This document shows positions 37,969 through 48,790 of a stretch of DNA of 64,000 nt, piece by piece; within the stretch, counting starts at the first letter, position 1; each line of letters starts with the position of its first letter. The notes below the pieces were generated by a model that was given only the letters and a program-made list of their open reading frames with translations, was not told the origin of the DNA and made no database searches. This DNA is from Myxococcota bacterium (lineage in GTDB: Bacteria > Myxococcota_A > SURF-8): contig OZ223209.1 of assembly GCA_965140415.1 (NCBI GenBank), positions 1,856,001-1,920,000 of the forward strand. Direction: 5' to 3'. Position numbers and translations under genes: made by a program.

Positions 37969-39192
37969 TTATACGAACGTATCCCACCAATTCTTCAGTT
38001 TATTCTTGATGCGGCCCATTACGGAGACTCCGCTGCCCGGATAGTTCTGGGCATGTTTGACCGCGTATTGCAATAAGCCTACGCTGCTGGCGTAAATCGG
38101 GTTGCGCACGAGATCGATCAATCCGGCTACTTCGATGGGTGCGGCGCAACGCACGCGCATGTCCATCAGTTCCTCCGCCAGTCGTGCCAGACCGGGCAGG
38201 TTGGTGACTCCGCCCGTCAGTACGACACCCGCTCCCAGTAATTCTTCGACTCCGGTTTTGCGGATTTCTTTGTTGATCAGGGTGATGATTTCCTCGGCGC
38301 GCGCTTCGATGATGTCGCATAAGACCTGCTGGCTCATCTGTTTTACTTCGCCAGAGCCAACGGTCGGAACGTTGATCGATTCGGTTTTCTCCACCATGTG
38401 CGCCATGGCGTAGCCGCATTCCTGCTTGAGCTTTTCGGCTCCGGCCATCGGGGTTCCCAGGCCGACCGCGATGTCATGCGTAATCAGATCGCCACCTAAA
38501 GGCAATACCGAGGTATGGACTACGTTCCCTTTCAGGTAAATGATCAAATCGCTCGTGCCACCGCCGATGTCAATCAGCGCCACACCCAACTCGCGCTCGT
38601 CTTCGCTAAGCACTGCCAAAGACGACGCCAGTGGCTCCAGTACGAGTTCCGCAACGCTAAGTCCAGCCTTGTTGCAGCAGCGCACTACGTTTTCAGCTGC
38701 CGAAATCGCGCCGGTCACGATGTGCACTTTAGCTTCCAGGCGAATGGCGCTCATACCGATGGGATATTTGATGCCTTCCTGGCCATCGACCACGTAATCC
38801 TGCACGATGGTGTGCAACACTTTCTGATTGATCGGAATCGCCACTGCGTTGGCCTGATCCACCACGCGCTCGACATCCTCTTCGGTGATCTCCTTACCTT
38901 CGACTTTTACGATGCCGTGCGAATTAAAGCCGCGAATATGCTGTCCGGCGATTCCCGCGAAAACCTGGCTGATCGCCACACCGGCCATCAATTCGGCTTC
39001 CTGCACCGCTTCACGGATGGAGTCTACGGTTGCGCCGATATCGGTGATGACGCCGTTCTGCATACCCTTGGAAACGTGGGTGCCGCAGCCGATTACTTCG
39101 ACTTTTCCGTTGTCCTTGATTTCGCCCACCAATGCCACCACCTTGGTGGTGCCGATATCCAGGCCGACGATGATTTCTCCCTTACTTGCCAT
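37969..39192 (-). CDS. ftsA: Cell division protein FtsA
   Basis: GLDIGTTKV, LIDIGGGTSD and VLTGG. Confidence 0.97.
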   Translation of the reverse strand: MASKGEIIVGLDIGTTKVVALVGEIKDNGKVEVIGCGTHVSKGMQNGVITDIGATVDSIREAVQEAELMAGVAISQVFAGIAGQHIRGFNSHGIVKVEGKEITEEDVERVVDQANAVAIPINQKVLHTIVQDYVVDGQEGIKYPIGMSAIRLEAKVHIVTGAISAAENVVRCCNKAGLSVAELVLEPLASSLAVLSEDERELGVALIDIGGGTSDLIIYLKGNVVHTSVLPLGGDLITHDIAVGLGTPMAGAEKLKQECGYAMAHMVEKTESINVPTVGSGEVKQMSQQVLCDIIEARAEEIITLINKEIRKTGVEELLGAGVVLTGGVTNLPGLARLAEELMDMRVRCAAPIEVAGLIDLVRNPIYASSVGLLQYAVKHAQNYPGSGVSVMGRIKNKLKNWWDTFV

Positions 39193-39225
39193 TGTTCCTC
39201 CGCAGCCGCCACCGCTTTATCGCGG

Positions 39226-40080
39226 TTATTGTTTCCCGGTCGGCTTGCTGTTTGCTGTCACGTTATCGGCGTACTTTACGGTTACGCGCTCGGGTTCGTT
39301 TCGATTGTCCAGGTGGATCGTTTCCGCGTGCTGTCCCTGCTGGGCCAGGCTTTTCCACAATTTGGCTGCACGGTCGAGAGCTTCGCTTTGCACGCTTTGC
39401 CCGAAAACCAGCGTACTGGGCAAGTCACCCACCAATAACTCCAAGCCGTTATGGTGATAGCGGATACCCTTAAGCTTAGCCAGCACCGACATCGGGTGCT
39501 CGTTGTATTTCTTTTGCAACTGCAATGCGCGCAGCATCTTGCGTTGCCCCGCTTCCAACGGTTCGAAATCCGAGTTATGCAGTCCTTCGATCAGCACCAG
39601 TTCTTCCAAGCTGGAATCATCTGCGAATTTGAACGGCGTGCCTTCCTGGTTGACGTAATACATCCGGTCCAGCTTGACGCGCGCCATAGGTTGATTTTCC
39701 ACAACTTCCACCAGTAGCGCATCGGGCAGACGACGTGACACGCGCGCCGATTTGATCCAGGGATGTGATTCAACCTGCAACGCCGCTTTTTTGACGTTTA
39801 CATCGAAAATCGGTCTATGCGTGGACAGATGTCCGTATGCCAGAATTTCCGCATTTGGAACGCGCTCATTGCCGACGATGTCGATGGCGAGAACGTCGAA
39901 CCAACCTTGGGCCAGTACGCCACGATACAGTTCCTGCCAGACCAGAAAAACCGCCACGAACACGACATAGATCACAATCAGGGAAACCAGTCCCTTCAGC
40001 GCCGATTCAAACAAGGACGGTTGCACGTCCTGGCGCTTGACGTTTTTCGTCGTTCGCTTGTTGCCCTTGGCGGGCGTCAT
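39226..40080 (-). CDS. ftsQ: Cell division protein FtsQ/DivIB
   Basis: Single TM; POTRA motif (GN.RV...HPWIKSA.VSRRLPD.L.VEVVE); operon position. Confidence 0.88.
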   Translation of the reverse strand: MTPAKGNKRTTKNVKRQDVQPSLFESALKGLVSLIVIYVVFVAVFLVWQELYRGVLAQGWFDVLAIDIVGNERVPNAEILAYGHLSTHRPIFDVNVKKAALQVESHPWIKSARVSRRLPDALLVEVVENQPMARVKLDRMYYVNQEGTPFKFADDSSLEELVLIEGLHNSDFEPLEAGQRKMLRALQLQKKYNEHPMSVLAKLKGIRYHHNGLELLVGDLPSTLVFGQSVQSEALDRAAKLWKSLAQQGQHAETIHLDNRNEPERVTVKYADNVTANSKPTGKQ

Positions 40081-41030
40081 TTGGCGGTCTCCTCGTGGCT
40101 ACTCAGTTCCAACGATGCTCCAAGTAGAATTCGTTCGCACAACTGCTCGAACGAGATTCCTTCGCCCCGTGCGGTTTTCGGCACCAGCGAGTGGGATGTC
40201 ATCCCCGGCATCGTATTGATTTCAATCACGGATATGGAGCCATCTTCACCGACGATCATATCGGTTCGGGTCACTCCCTGAGCACGCACCGCCCGGTGCG
40301 CGTTCTCCGCGAATGCCATACACATACGATATACATCTTCCGGCAACGGGGCAGGGTAGATGTATTCAGTAGAATCTACCAAGTATTTTGCCTCATAATC
40401 GTAGAAATTACCAGAAGGTTTTATCCAAATTATTCCAATTGCTTTTCCATCGAGTACCGTGACCGAAATTTCCATGCCCGAACAGTATTTTTCGATCAGG
40501 ATATAAGAATCTTCCTGAAACACCGATTGTAGCGCAGAGTCAAGCTCTGTCTCGTTCTGAACTATTTTGACGCCTACCGACGAGCCGCTGGCGTTGGGTT
40601 TGATGACCGCCGGATAGTCAAAAGGCAGTTCGATGGGCATTCCGGAAAATTTTTGTTTTTCCAGTAGAATCCAGTCTGCAACCGGAAGATTTTGCGAGGA
40701 AAAGAGCAATTTGGCAATATGCTTGTCCATCGCAACAGCCGAAGCGAGCACTTTTGAACCGGTATAGGGAATCCCCATAACTTCCAAAAGTCCCTGTACC
40801 GCGCCGTCTTCGCCATAGCGTCCATGTAGCGCCAGAAAGGCGATTTCGATCTGGTGATCGGTCAATTGCTGGGCCAGGTCGCGTTGCTGATCGAGCAAAA
40901 CGGCGTTATAGCCGCGCGCGAGCAGAGCGTTGTGAATTGCTGCCCCCGTTTCCAAAGAAACGTTTCGTTCGCTGCTGAGTCCGCCATACAACACGGCGAT
41001 TTTTCGCGTTAGCATCTCTTCGCGTGTCAT
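40077..41030 (-). CDS. ddl: D-alanine-D-alanine ligase
   Basis: GGLSSER.VSL, LHGRYGEDG, GSSVG, YDYEAKY and EINTMPGMT. Confidence 0.97.
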   Translation of the reverse strand: MTREEMLTRKIAVLYGGLSSERNVSLETGAAIHNALLARGYNAVLLDQQRDLAQQLTDHQIEIAFLALHGRYGEDGAVQGLLEVMGIPYTGSKVLASAVAMDKHIAKLLFSSQNLPVADWILLEKQKFSGMPIELPFDYPAVIKPNASGSSVGVKIVQNETELDSALQSVFQEDSYILIEKYCSGMEISVTVLDGKAIGIIWIKPSGNFYDYEAKYLVDSTEYIYPAPLPEDVYRMCMAFAENAHRAVRAQGVTRTDMIVGEDGSISVIEINTMPGMTSHSLVPKTARGEGISFEQLCERILLGASLELSSHEETAK

Positions 41031-41033
41031 GAA

Positions 41034-42446
41034 TCAGCCTTTCATGTCGGAACGTTGGCTAAGCAAATCAAGCAGTTCCGGCGCCGCCTGTTTGACGTTG
41101 CCAGCTCCCAGGGTGATGAAAAGATCGCCCTCGGCGGTTTCCTCACTGGCAATTTTCGCGGCGTCGAACATATTCGGAAAATAGCGTACATCCGGATGTC
41201 CGGCTCCTTTGATGGCTTCGCTCAGACGCTCTGCCGTAATGCCGGGAATCGGCGTTTCTCCTGCCTGGTAGATGTCCGTTACCAGCAGCACATCGGCGTC
41301 GCCGAAGGAGGCGGCAAAGGCGTCGAACAGATCGCGTACGCGGCTGTAACGATGCGGCTGGAATAGCGCGAAAACGCGCTTGTTGAAGTTGTTTTTCGCA
41401 GCACGCAATGTGGCGCGGATTTCCTCCGGGTGATGCGCGTAGTCGTCCACGACCGTGACGCCGCCTACCATGCCTTTGACCTGGAAGCGTCGGTCGATGC
41501 CTTGGAAGCTTGCGATTGCGCTGGCAATGGTATCGAAGGGCAGTTCCAGATCGAGCGAACAGGCAATGGCCGCCAGTGCATTCTGTACGTTGTGACGACC
41601 GGGCAGGGGAACGAAAACTTCTCCCATCGTCTGCCCTTGTACGCGAACCTTAAAGCGAGTTCCCAGCTTTTCGGGTTGCAGATCGAAAGCCGACACGTCG
41701 GCCTCTTCCATCAATCCGTATGTGACGAAACGGCGCGTGATGCGCTCGCGGATTTCTGCAACCTTGGGATGATCCAGGCAGATGACATTGGTGCCGAAAA
41801 AAGGAACGCAGTTGGCGAATTGTACAAAGGCATCCACGAGATTGTCGTAGCTGCCGTAATGCTCCAGATGCTCGGGGTCGATATTGGTGATCACGGTCAA
41901 AACCGGAGTCAAGCGCAAAAAGGAACCGTCGGATTCGTCCGCCTCGGCCACCAGATAGGCGCTTTCTCCGAGCTTGGCGTTGCTGTCGAAGGATTCCAGC
42001 CGTCCGCCTACCAAGCAGGTGGGGTCTACGCCGCCTTCGGATAGAATCCAGGCGATCAGGCTGGTTGTGGTGGTTTTGCCATGCGTTCCGGCAATGGCGA
42101 TGCCTTCTTTCATACGCATCAGTTCGGCCAGCATTTCCGCACGGGGGATGATCGGAATACCGCGTTCTTGCGCCTCGATAAATTCAGGATTGTCGGGGTG
42201 GATGGCCGAACTGTAAACCAGCACGTCGGCAGCACCGACATTTTCGGCGCTGTGGCCGATGAAAATCTTCGCGCCCAATCCACGCAGACGGCGCACGTTG
42301 GCACCGTCGTGAATGTCCGAGCCGCTGACTTCGAAGCCTTGCGTCAATAAAACCTCGGCGATGCCGGACATGCCGATGCCGCCGATGGCCACCAGGTGAA
42401 TCCGTTTGATTTTCGTTTTTAAAAAGCCTTGATTGCGTTTACTCAT
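41034..42446 (-). CDS. murC: UDP-N-acetylmuramate-L-alanine ligase
   Basis: IGGIGMSGIA, GTHGKTTTT, EADESDGSF, DDYAHHP and FQPHRYSR. Confidence 0.97.
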   Translation of the reverse strand: MSKRNQGFLKTKIKRIHLVAIGGIGMSGIAEVLLTQGFEVSGSDIHDGANVRRLRGLGAKIFIGHSAENVGAADVLVYSSAIHPDNPEFIEAQERGIPIIPRAEMLAELMRMKEGIAIAGTHGKTTTTSLIAWILSEGGVDPTCLVGGRLESFDSNAKLGESAYLVAEADESDGSFLRLTPVLTVITNIDPEHLEHYGSYDNLVDAFVQFANCVPFFGTNVICLDHPKVAEIRERITRRFVTYGLMEEADVSAFDLQPEKLGTRFKVRVQGQTMGEVFVPLPGRHNVQNALAAIACSLDLELPFDTIASAIASFQGIDRRFQVKGMVGGVTVVDDYAHHPEEIRATLRAAKNNFNKRVFALFQPHRYSRVRDLFDAFAASFGDADVLLVTDIYQAGETPIPGITAERLSEAIKGAGHPDVRYFPNMFDAAKIASEETAEGDLFITLGAGNVKQAAPELLDLLSQRSDMKG

Positions 42447-43575
42447 GATTGGATTCCGTTTCATTGCGCGAAGATGCCGTACTAGAAGATAATCCAGCTA
42501 AACGCTTTAGTAATTCAACCGTATCAACCGTTGCCTTTGGGCGTCCGGCCATTTTTGCTGCTTGCCCACGCCGGGTCAATTCTTCGGGATCGGCCAGGCG
42601 ATCCTTTAGAAAAGAAGCCAGGAAATCCGGCGTGAATTCCGGCTGACGCACCATCCAGGCGCCGTCGTTGTCCACAAGTTCCTGGGCGTTGGCTGCCTGA
42701 TGATCGTCGGCGGCGGTAGGTAGCGGAACGAATAACGCCGGGCGTCCGACGATTGCCAATTCCGCGCAAGTGCCTGCGCCCGCTCTACAAATTACGAGAT
42801 CCGCAGCTTGATAGGCCGAGATCATGTCGTCGATGAATGGGGAAACCTCCGCTTGGACGTTCGCTTCTGTGTAGGTTTGTTGCAGCCAGGGAGCGTCTGC
42901 CGAGCCGGATTGATGGTGGACGAACAACCGCTTATGGTAATCGGGCAATTGAAGCAGGGCTTTGGCGACCGTTTCATTGATTGCGTGTGCACCCTGACTG
43001 CCGCCTGTGACTAGTATCCTTATGATATCGGATGTCTTTTCCTGTTTGGTCGTTTCCTGTTCGGCTTGTTCCAGAATGCGTGTCCGTATTGGATTTCCCA
43101 ACCGATGCACTTTTTCAGCAGGGAAAAACGCCTCGGCACGGGCGAAATGCGTGATGACCGCCCGCACTCGTTTTCCTAGAATTCGATTGGTTACGCCGGG
43201 GCGGGAGTTCTGCTCGATAATCGCAGTCGGACGACCCAGAAGCCAGGCCGCCAGCACTAATGGACCGGAGGCATAGCCGCCCACTCCAAGCACCATATCC
43301 GGCCAGAAGCGCAACACAATCCAACACGATTGCAACAGACTAATCGGAAGTTTGATGAGGTTCAATAGTGTTTTAAATAACCCCATGCGCTTTAGGCCGC
43401 CGACAGTAATCAGTGCCAATGGGTAGTTCAATTTCGGTAAAATGCGTGCTTCTATGCCGTTCTTTGTCCCGACGAACAGCAATTCGTGATTGCCTTCTTC
43501 ACTAAGTATTTCAGCTACCGCCACACCGGAAAAAAGATGTCCACCGGTGCCACCGCCTGCGATTAAAAGTTTCAT
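42439..43575 (-). CDS. murG: Undecaprenyl-PP-MurNAc-pentapeptide GlcNAc transferase
   Basis: AGGGTGGH, GGYAS, EQN, GNPIR, GGSQGA and RAGA; true start ATG 43575. Confidence 0.96.
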   Translation of the reverse strand: MKLLIAGGGTGGHLFSGVAVAEILSEEGNHELLFVGTKNGIEARILPKLNYPLALITVGGLKRMGLFKTLLNLIKLPISLLQSCWIVLRFWPDMVLGVGGYASGPLVLAAWLLGRPTAIIEQNSRPGVTNRILGKRVRAVITHFARAEAFFPAEKVHRLGNPIRTRILEQAEQETTKQEKTSDIIRILVTGGSQGAHAINETVAKALLQLPDYHKRLFVHHQSGSADAPWLQQTYTEANVQAEVSPFIDDMISAYQAADLVICRAGAGTCAELAIVGRPALFVPLPTAADDHQAANAQELVDNDGAWMVRQPEFTPDFLASFLKDRLADPEELTRRGQAAKMAGRPKATVDTVELLKRLAGLSSSTASSRNETESNHE

Positions 43576-44744
43576 CGCCGACCTCCCCGGAAATTGGAAT
43601 AGTTCACGGTATAGCGACTGATATTCAGAAGAATACCTACAGCGGCCAGAGTCGATAGCAGCGCCGATCCACCATAGGAAATAAAGGGCAGAGCCAGTCC
43701 TTTGGGGGGCAGTACACCCAGCACGACGCCGGAGTTGAAGAGGAACTGTAGCGATAACAATGTCGTTAAGCCGAAAGCCAGGTAGCAGCCGAAGGTGTCC
43801 GGCACTCGTAGTGAAATCTGGTAGCCGCGTATCGCCAGCACCGCAAACAAAAACAGTAACAGTGCCACTCCGAAGAATCCGAGCTCCTGTCCCAGTGTCG
43901 CCAGGATGAAATCGCTGTGGGCTTGCGGTAAAAAGAACATTTTCATCGTTCCTTTGCCAAGTCCTTCTCCGAAAAAGCGACCCGAGCCGAAACTGATCAG
44001 GCTTTCGCGTACCTGATAGCACAACAGCGTATAATCCTCCTTTTCACCGAGGATCGTCAGGATCTGATTCATAAAGGCCGTCAAGCGCCCCAGCGCGTGC
44101 GGGAAAATCAACATCATACTGCTGATCAAAGGCAGCAGAACGGCACCCGCCACCAGCAGGTATCGCATGGGTGAACCGGATACGAAAAGCATGGCGATAA
44201 TCGCCAGCAGCATCAAGGCGGTGGTACCGAAATCGGGTTCAATTAAAATCAGCGCCAGCATACCGATGGGAATCAGCAGGTGATTTAAGAAGCCGGAGAC
44301 AAAAGTCTTGTTGCGCTCTTTCTGTTTGCTGACCGAATAGGCAACGTACATAATCAAAATCAGCTTGGCCAATTCGGAAGGTTGCAGATGGAACGATCCA
44401 ATGGGTATCCAGCGGCGCGCACCACCGATCAATCTGCCTACACCGGGAATCAAAACGGCGATCAGCATGATGAGCAGTACTGCCAGCATCGGATAAATCA
44501 GCTTTTCATAATTTTTATAGTTGATGTGGCTCGTGATGAACAACACAACAAAACCGCCAACAACAAAAGCCAACTGGCGATAGAAAAAGAAAAATTCGTC
44601 GCCGATGCGGCGCTCGGCAAAGAAGGCGGAAGAAGAGAAGACCATCACCAGCCCGATGGCAAGCAGCAACAGCGTAACCGCCAACAGGATCAGATCGATC
44701 TGTCGTGCAGCCAGGGTTTGAGATGATGTCTTCCGATTCGCCAT
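43572..44744 (-). CDS. ftsW: Peptidoglycan glycosyltransferase FtsW
   Basis: GARRW, QPSELAK, EPDFGT, LPQAHSDFI and LPFISYGGS. Confidence 0.96.
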   Translation of the reverse strand: MANRKTSSQTLAARQIDLILLAVTLLLLAIGLVMVFSSSAFFAERRIGDEFFFFYRQLAFVVGGFVVLFITSHINYKNYEKLIYPMLAVLLIMLIAVLIPGVGRLIGGARRWIPIGSFHLQPSELAKLILIMYVAYSVSKQKERNKTFVSGFLNHLLIPIGMLALILIEPDFGTTALMLLAIIAMLFVSGSPMRYLLVAGAVLLPLISSMMLIFPHALGRLTAFMNQILTILGEKEDYTLLCYQVRESLISFGSGRFFGEGLGKGTMKMFFLPQAHSDFILATLGQELGFFGVALLLFLFAVLAIRGYQISLRVPDTFGCYLAFGLTTLLSLQFLFNSGVVLGVLPPKGLALPFISYGGSALLSTLAAVGILLNISRYTVNYSNFRGGRR

Positions 44745-44754
44745 CGTAACTCGC

Positions 44755-45840
44755 TTAGAGGTTGAATTTCAGTTTCAAGGTGGCCAGTCCCAACAGTGCT
44801 AAAATGATGGAGACGATCCAGAGCCGCACCACCATTTTTTGTTCCGCCCAGCCGCGCAGTTCCAGGGAATGATGGAACGGAGCCATGCGGAACACGCGCT
44901 TGCCTGTCAATTTGAAGGACGCTACTTGAATGATGACGCTTAGCGTTTCCATTACGAAAATGCCACCGACCAGCACCATTAGTAGTTCGTTTTTCGTGGC
45001 GACCGCCACATAGCCCAATGACGCACCCAGGCTCAAGCTACCGACATCACCCATAAATACCGAGGCGGGATGCGTGTTGTACCAAAGAAAGGCCAGGCAG
45101 GCTCCGAAGATCGCACCCGTGAAGATCGTCAGTTCTCCCGACATGGCGATGTGCGGCACGTGCAGGTAGCTGGAAATGACCATGTTTCCGGATATATAGG
45201 CTAATACGGCATATACCAGCGAGGTCGTCATCACCGGACCTACTGCCAGACCGTCGGCACCGTCTGTCAGGTTAACGGCATTGGCCGTGCCGACGATGAT
45301 CAGCGCTCCGAAGGGCAGAAAGAACCAGGCCGGAAGATCCTGAATTGGATGCCACAGGAAAGGAATCGCCAGATCCGTGGTCATATCGGTGTGGGTGAGC
45401 AGGTAAAACACCAATACAAAGGATAGCGCAAACTCGATCACGATTTTATAGGAGCCTTTGAAACCGTCGGTATTCTTTTTGGAAACCTTCAGGTAATCGT
45501 CGATAAAGCCGACCAGGCCAAAACCACCTGCTACCGCCAGGGCGATCCAGGTGACGTGCGTGTCCAGCCGAGCCCACAAAAAAGTGGAAAGAGCTAGCGA
45601 CAATAAGATGATGCCTCCACCCATGGTGGGGGTGCCTTGTTTGGCAAGGTGCGACTGGGGACCGTCTTCGCGGATTGTCTGGCCATATTGATGGTTTTTC
45701 AAGGTACGGATAAACCAGGGTGCGAACACGAAAGTGATTAGAAATGCGGATAGAACCGCCATAAAGGTTCGGAAGGAAATGTATCGGAAAATGCGAAATA
45801 CGGTTTCCGATCCGAAGATTTCATAGAGATAGTAAAACAT
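44755..45840 (-). CDS. mraY: Phospho-MurNAc-pentapeptide transferase
   Basis: KQGTPTMGG, DDYLK, NAVNLTDG.DGL, FMGDVGS and MAPFHH. Confidence 0.97.
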   Translation of the reverse strand: MFYYLYEIFGSETVFRIFRYISFRTFMAVLSAFLITFVFAPWFIRTLKNHQYGQTIREDGPQSHLAKQGTPTMGGGIILLSLALSTFLWARLDTHVTWIALAVAGGFGLVGFIDDYLKVSKKNTDGFKGSYKIVIEFALSFVLVFYLLTHTDMTTDLAIPFLWHPIQDLPAWFFLPFGALIIVGTANAVNLTDGADGLAVGPVMTTSLVYAVLAYISGNMVISSYLHVPHIAMSGELTIFTGAIFGACLAFLWYNTHPASVFMGDVGSLSLGASLGYVAVATKNELLMVLVGGIFVMETLSVIIQVASFKLTGKRVFRMAPFHHSLELRGWAEQKMVVRLWIVSIILALLGLATLKLKFNL

Positions 45841-45842
45841 GT

Positions 45843-47255
45843 TTACTCGTTTCTCCCCACCCGGTTCTCGATAGCGGCGAAACTACGCTCCATGCGCGAA
45901 CCGCGCGAACCCTTGATTAAAATCAGGTCTTCCGGCAACAGAATTCGTTCGATGGCTGCCTGGTAGTCATCCCAGTTTTCATAGGCTTGTGCCTGTTCAG
46001 CAGACAATCCCGCCTCTTGCGCCCCTGCGACCGTATACTGTGAAAAGCGCCCGAACGCCAGCAATATATTCACTTGATTTTCGACTGCTGCCGCTCCGAT
46101 TTCGCGATGTAATTGTTCCGACTGTACGCCCAGTTCCAACATATCGCCGAGTAAGGCGATTTTGCGTTTGTTTGGTCCCAGTTCTTTCAATAATTGCAGC
46201 GCCGCCTTAGTGGAAGAGGGGTTCGCATTGTAGCAGTCATCCAGAATCGTATAACCTTTATATGTCGTCACCAGTTTCAATCGACGACCCGGAATTTCGA
46301 CCTTGGCGATACCGGCAGGCATACAGCTTGGCTCAACTCCTGCCGCCCAGGCTCCGGCCATAGCACACAGCAGGTTCGAAATATTGTGGCGACCCAGTAG
46401 CGGCAGAGTCACATCCACCCGATCCTGCCCAAGACGCACGGTTGCCTGGAAGCCTTCGGAAGAGGGGCGGATGTCTTCCGCCTGGACATCGGCGGTGGGA
46501 TCTTGCAATGAAAACGTAAGGGTACGCGCCCGGCATTGTTCGCCCAGCATACGTGTATGTGGATTGTCCAGATTCACAATGGCCACGGCTTCCGGTCCCA
46601 GTGCATCGAACAACTCGCCTTTGGCACGTCGAATGGCATCGATGCTGCCCAGAAATTCAAGGTGCGCCGGGTGAACGTTGGTGATCAACCCGATATCGGG
46701 TGCGCCGATTTTCGCCAGCCGTGCAATCTCGCCCAGCGCGTTCATGCCCATTTCCATCACGACGGTCGGTTCGTCCCGTAACGAGAGCAGGGTCAATGGA
46801 CCGCCGATCAGGTTGTTCAGGTTGCCTTCCGTTTTGTGAACCGGGGTCTTTTCCGCCAGAATGGCGGCGAGTAGCTCTTTGGTCGTGGTTTTCCCATTGG
46901 AGCCGGTAACGGCCAGTACTTTGGGCGCTTGTTTCATCCGCCAGAAATGCGCCAGATCGCCCAGGGCGCTCAGGGTGTCATCCACAACGAAGGCTGCCGC
47001 AGTTGGATGAGCTTGCAGCAAGTGGTCCAGATCGTCGCAGCGGGAGACGATCAGGGCTGTGGCACCAGTGTCCAAAGCCTGCGACAGATAGTTGTGGGCA
47101 TCGAAACGGTCACCGATCAACGCCACGAACAGTTCATCGGTTTTCAAGCTACGGGTGTCGGTGCAGACCGATCGCACCATGCCTTGCTGTGCGCCTCTCC
47201 AATGAGAGAGACCGAGCGCCTGTGCGATCTGTTGAAAACTCAGCTTCATGCTCAT
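45843..47255 (-). CDS. murF: UDP-MurNAc-tripeptide-D-Ala-D-Ala ligase
   Basis: TGSNGKTTTKE, EMGM, DCYNANP, GDMLELG and KGSRG. Confidence 0.96.
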   Translation of the reverse strand: MSMKLSFQQIAQALGLSHWRGAQQGMVRSVCTDTRSLKTDELFVALIGDRFDAHNYLSQALDTGATALIVSRCDDLDHLLQAHPTAAAFVVDDTLSALGDLAHFWRMKQAPKVLAVTGSNGKTTTKELLAAILAEKTPVHKTEGNLNNLIGGPLTLLSLRDEPTVVMEMGMNALGEIARLAKIGAPDIGLITNVHPAHLEFLGSIDAIRRAKGELFDALGPEAVAIVNLDNPHTRMLGEQCRARTLTFSLQDPTADVQAEDIRPSSEGFQATVRLGQDRVDVTLPLLGRHNISNLLCAMAGAWAAGVEPSCMPAGIAKVEIPGRRLKLVTTYKGYTILDDCYNANPSSTKAALQLLKELGPNKRKIALLGDMLELGVQSEQLHREIGAAAVENQVNILLAFGRFSQYTVAGAQEAGLSAEQAQAYENWDDYQAAIERILLPEDLILIKGSRGSRMERSFAAIENRVGRNE

Positions 47256-48790
47256 GGTGAGCCCTCTGTATTTTCGTATTTGAGCGCAAGTGCCTCGGCT
47301 GCTTCCTTGCGATCATCGAAGTCGTGTTTGACCGTACCAATGATTTGATAGGTCTCGTGGCCCTTGCCCGCGATGAGAATCACATCCCCTGTACGTCCAG
47401 CATTGACGGCAAAGCGGATGGCTTTCCGGCGATTTTCGATTACGACGAAACTATTTCGTTTCATGGCGGCAGGATCGTAGGGGTTGCCTTCCTGCAAGCC
47501 GCTTTTGCGAACACCTGGAACGATCTGTTCCAGAATTTCAACCGGATCCTCGGTTCTTGGATTATCGCTGGTAATGACGGCAATATCTGCCAGTTCTCCG
47601 GCAACTTTCCCCATTAATGGTCGTTTGCCCTTGTCTCTGTCGCCGCCACAGCCCATTACCACGATTAGCCGTCCAACTTTCAACTGTTGCAGCACTCCCA
47701 GTGCGTTTTTCAATGCGTCAGGCGTGTGGCTGTAATCCACGAAAATATGCAGGCCATTAGGATCGGCGACGCGCTCCAGTCTTCCTGGGATCACCTGAAG
47801 CGTTTCCAAGCCCGCGATGGCGTCGTCGGGGTCCAGCCGACAGGCCAAGCCGATGCCCAGAACCTGTAACAGATTGGAGACGTTGTAATCACCGATCAAA
47901 GGAGACCGCAGGGTATAGGTTTTACCGTTGATTTCGAGTTCCGCCAGTGAGCCCTTGATCGTGACGACATTGTGTGTGCAACGTAAATCGGCTCGCCAGT
48001 CGTCTTTGAGCGAGGTACGCAATACGCGCCCGCTGAATCCTACGATCAGGGAATCGGCTACCGGATCGTCGGCATTGATGACCGCCGTTTTGTGCAGCTT
48101 GGCGCTTTTTTCCAACAACGGTACGAACAATCGCCGCTTGGCTTCCGCGTAGCGACCCATGGTCTCATGATAATCCAGGTGATCGCGGCTCAAATTGGTG
48201 AACAGAGCACAATCTAGCTCAATGCCATCGGCGCGTCGCTGGTCCAGGGCGTGGCTGGAGATCTCGACGAACAGATGCGATACTCCATGCTGCACCATGT
48301 CACTCAACAGTTTCTGAAACGTGATGGGACCGGGCGTGGTGTTGGGTGCGTCCTGAACGATATCGTCATAGCGGTAGTTAACCGTGCCGATGACGCCCGG
48401 TTTCTTACCGGTGGCTTTCAACATGGCTTCCGACATGTAGGTGATCGAAGTTTTTCCGTTGGTGCCGGTGATCCCGCAGATAAATAGCTTTTTGGAAGGA
48501 TGACCGAAAAAGTGCGAAGCCAACGACCCGACGATGTTGCGGGTGTTTTCAAAGCGCGCAAAGGAGATACCTTCCGGAAGATCGGTTTCGGTCTCGGCGA
48601 TAATGGCGGTTGCACCTTTGTCCAGCGCCGATTGGATGTAGCGGTGTCCGTCTGCCGCAGAGCCACGGGTGGCGATAAAGCAGCAACCGGGCTGTACCTC
48701 GCGGGAATCGGTGGTGATTTGTGCGATTTCTGGATCGAGCGAATTGTGCTGCAAAGGTGAAAAGGGTTGAATGAGATCGAGAAACTTCAT
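47252..48790 (-). CDS. murE: UDP-MurNAc-dipeptide-mDAP ligase
   Basis: TGTNGKT, EISSHAL, DHLDYH, DNPR (mDAP specificity) and AGKGHE. Confidence 0.96.
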   Translation of the reverse strand: MKFLDLIQPFSPLQHNSLDPEIAQITTDSREVQPGCCFIATRGSAADGHRYIQSALDKGATAIIAETETDLPEGISFARFENTRNIVGSLASHFFGHPSKKLFICGITGTNGKTSITYMSEAMLKATGKKPGVIGTVNYRYDDIVQDAPNTTPGPITFQKLLSDMVQHGVSHLFVEISSHALDQRRADGIELDCALFTNLSRDHLDYHETMGRYAEAKRRLFVPLLEKSAKLHKTAVINADDPVADSLIVGFSGRVLRTSLKDDWRADLRCTHNVVTIKGSLAELEINGKTYTLRSPLIGDYNVSNLLQVLGIGLACRLDPDDAIAGLETLQVIPGRLERVADPNGLHIFVDYSHTPDALKNALGVLQQLKVGRLIVVMGCGGDRDKGKRPLMGKVAGELADIAVITSDNPRTEDPVEILEQIVPGVRKSGLQEGNPYDPAAMKRNSFVVIENRRKAIRFAVNAGRTGDVILIAGKGHETYQIIGTVKHDFDDRKEAAEALALKYENTEGSP

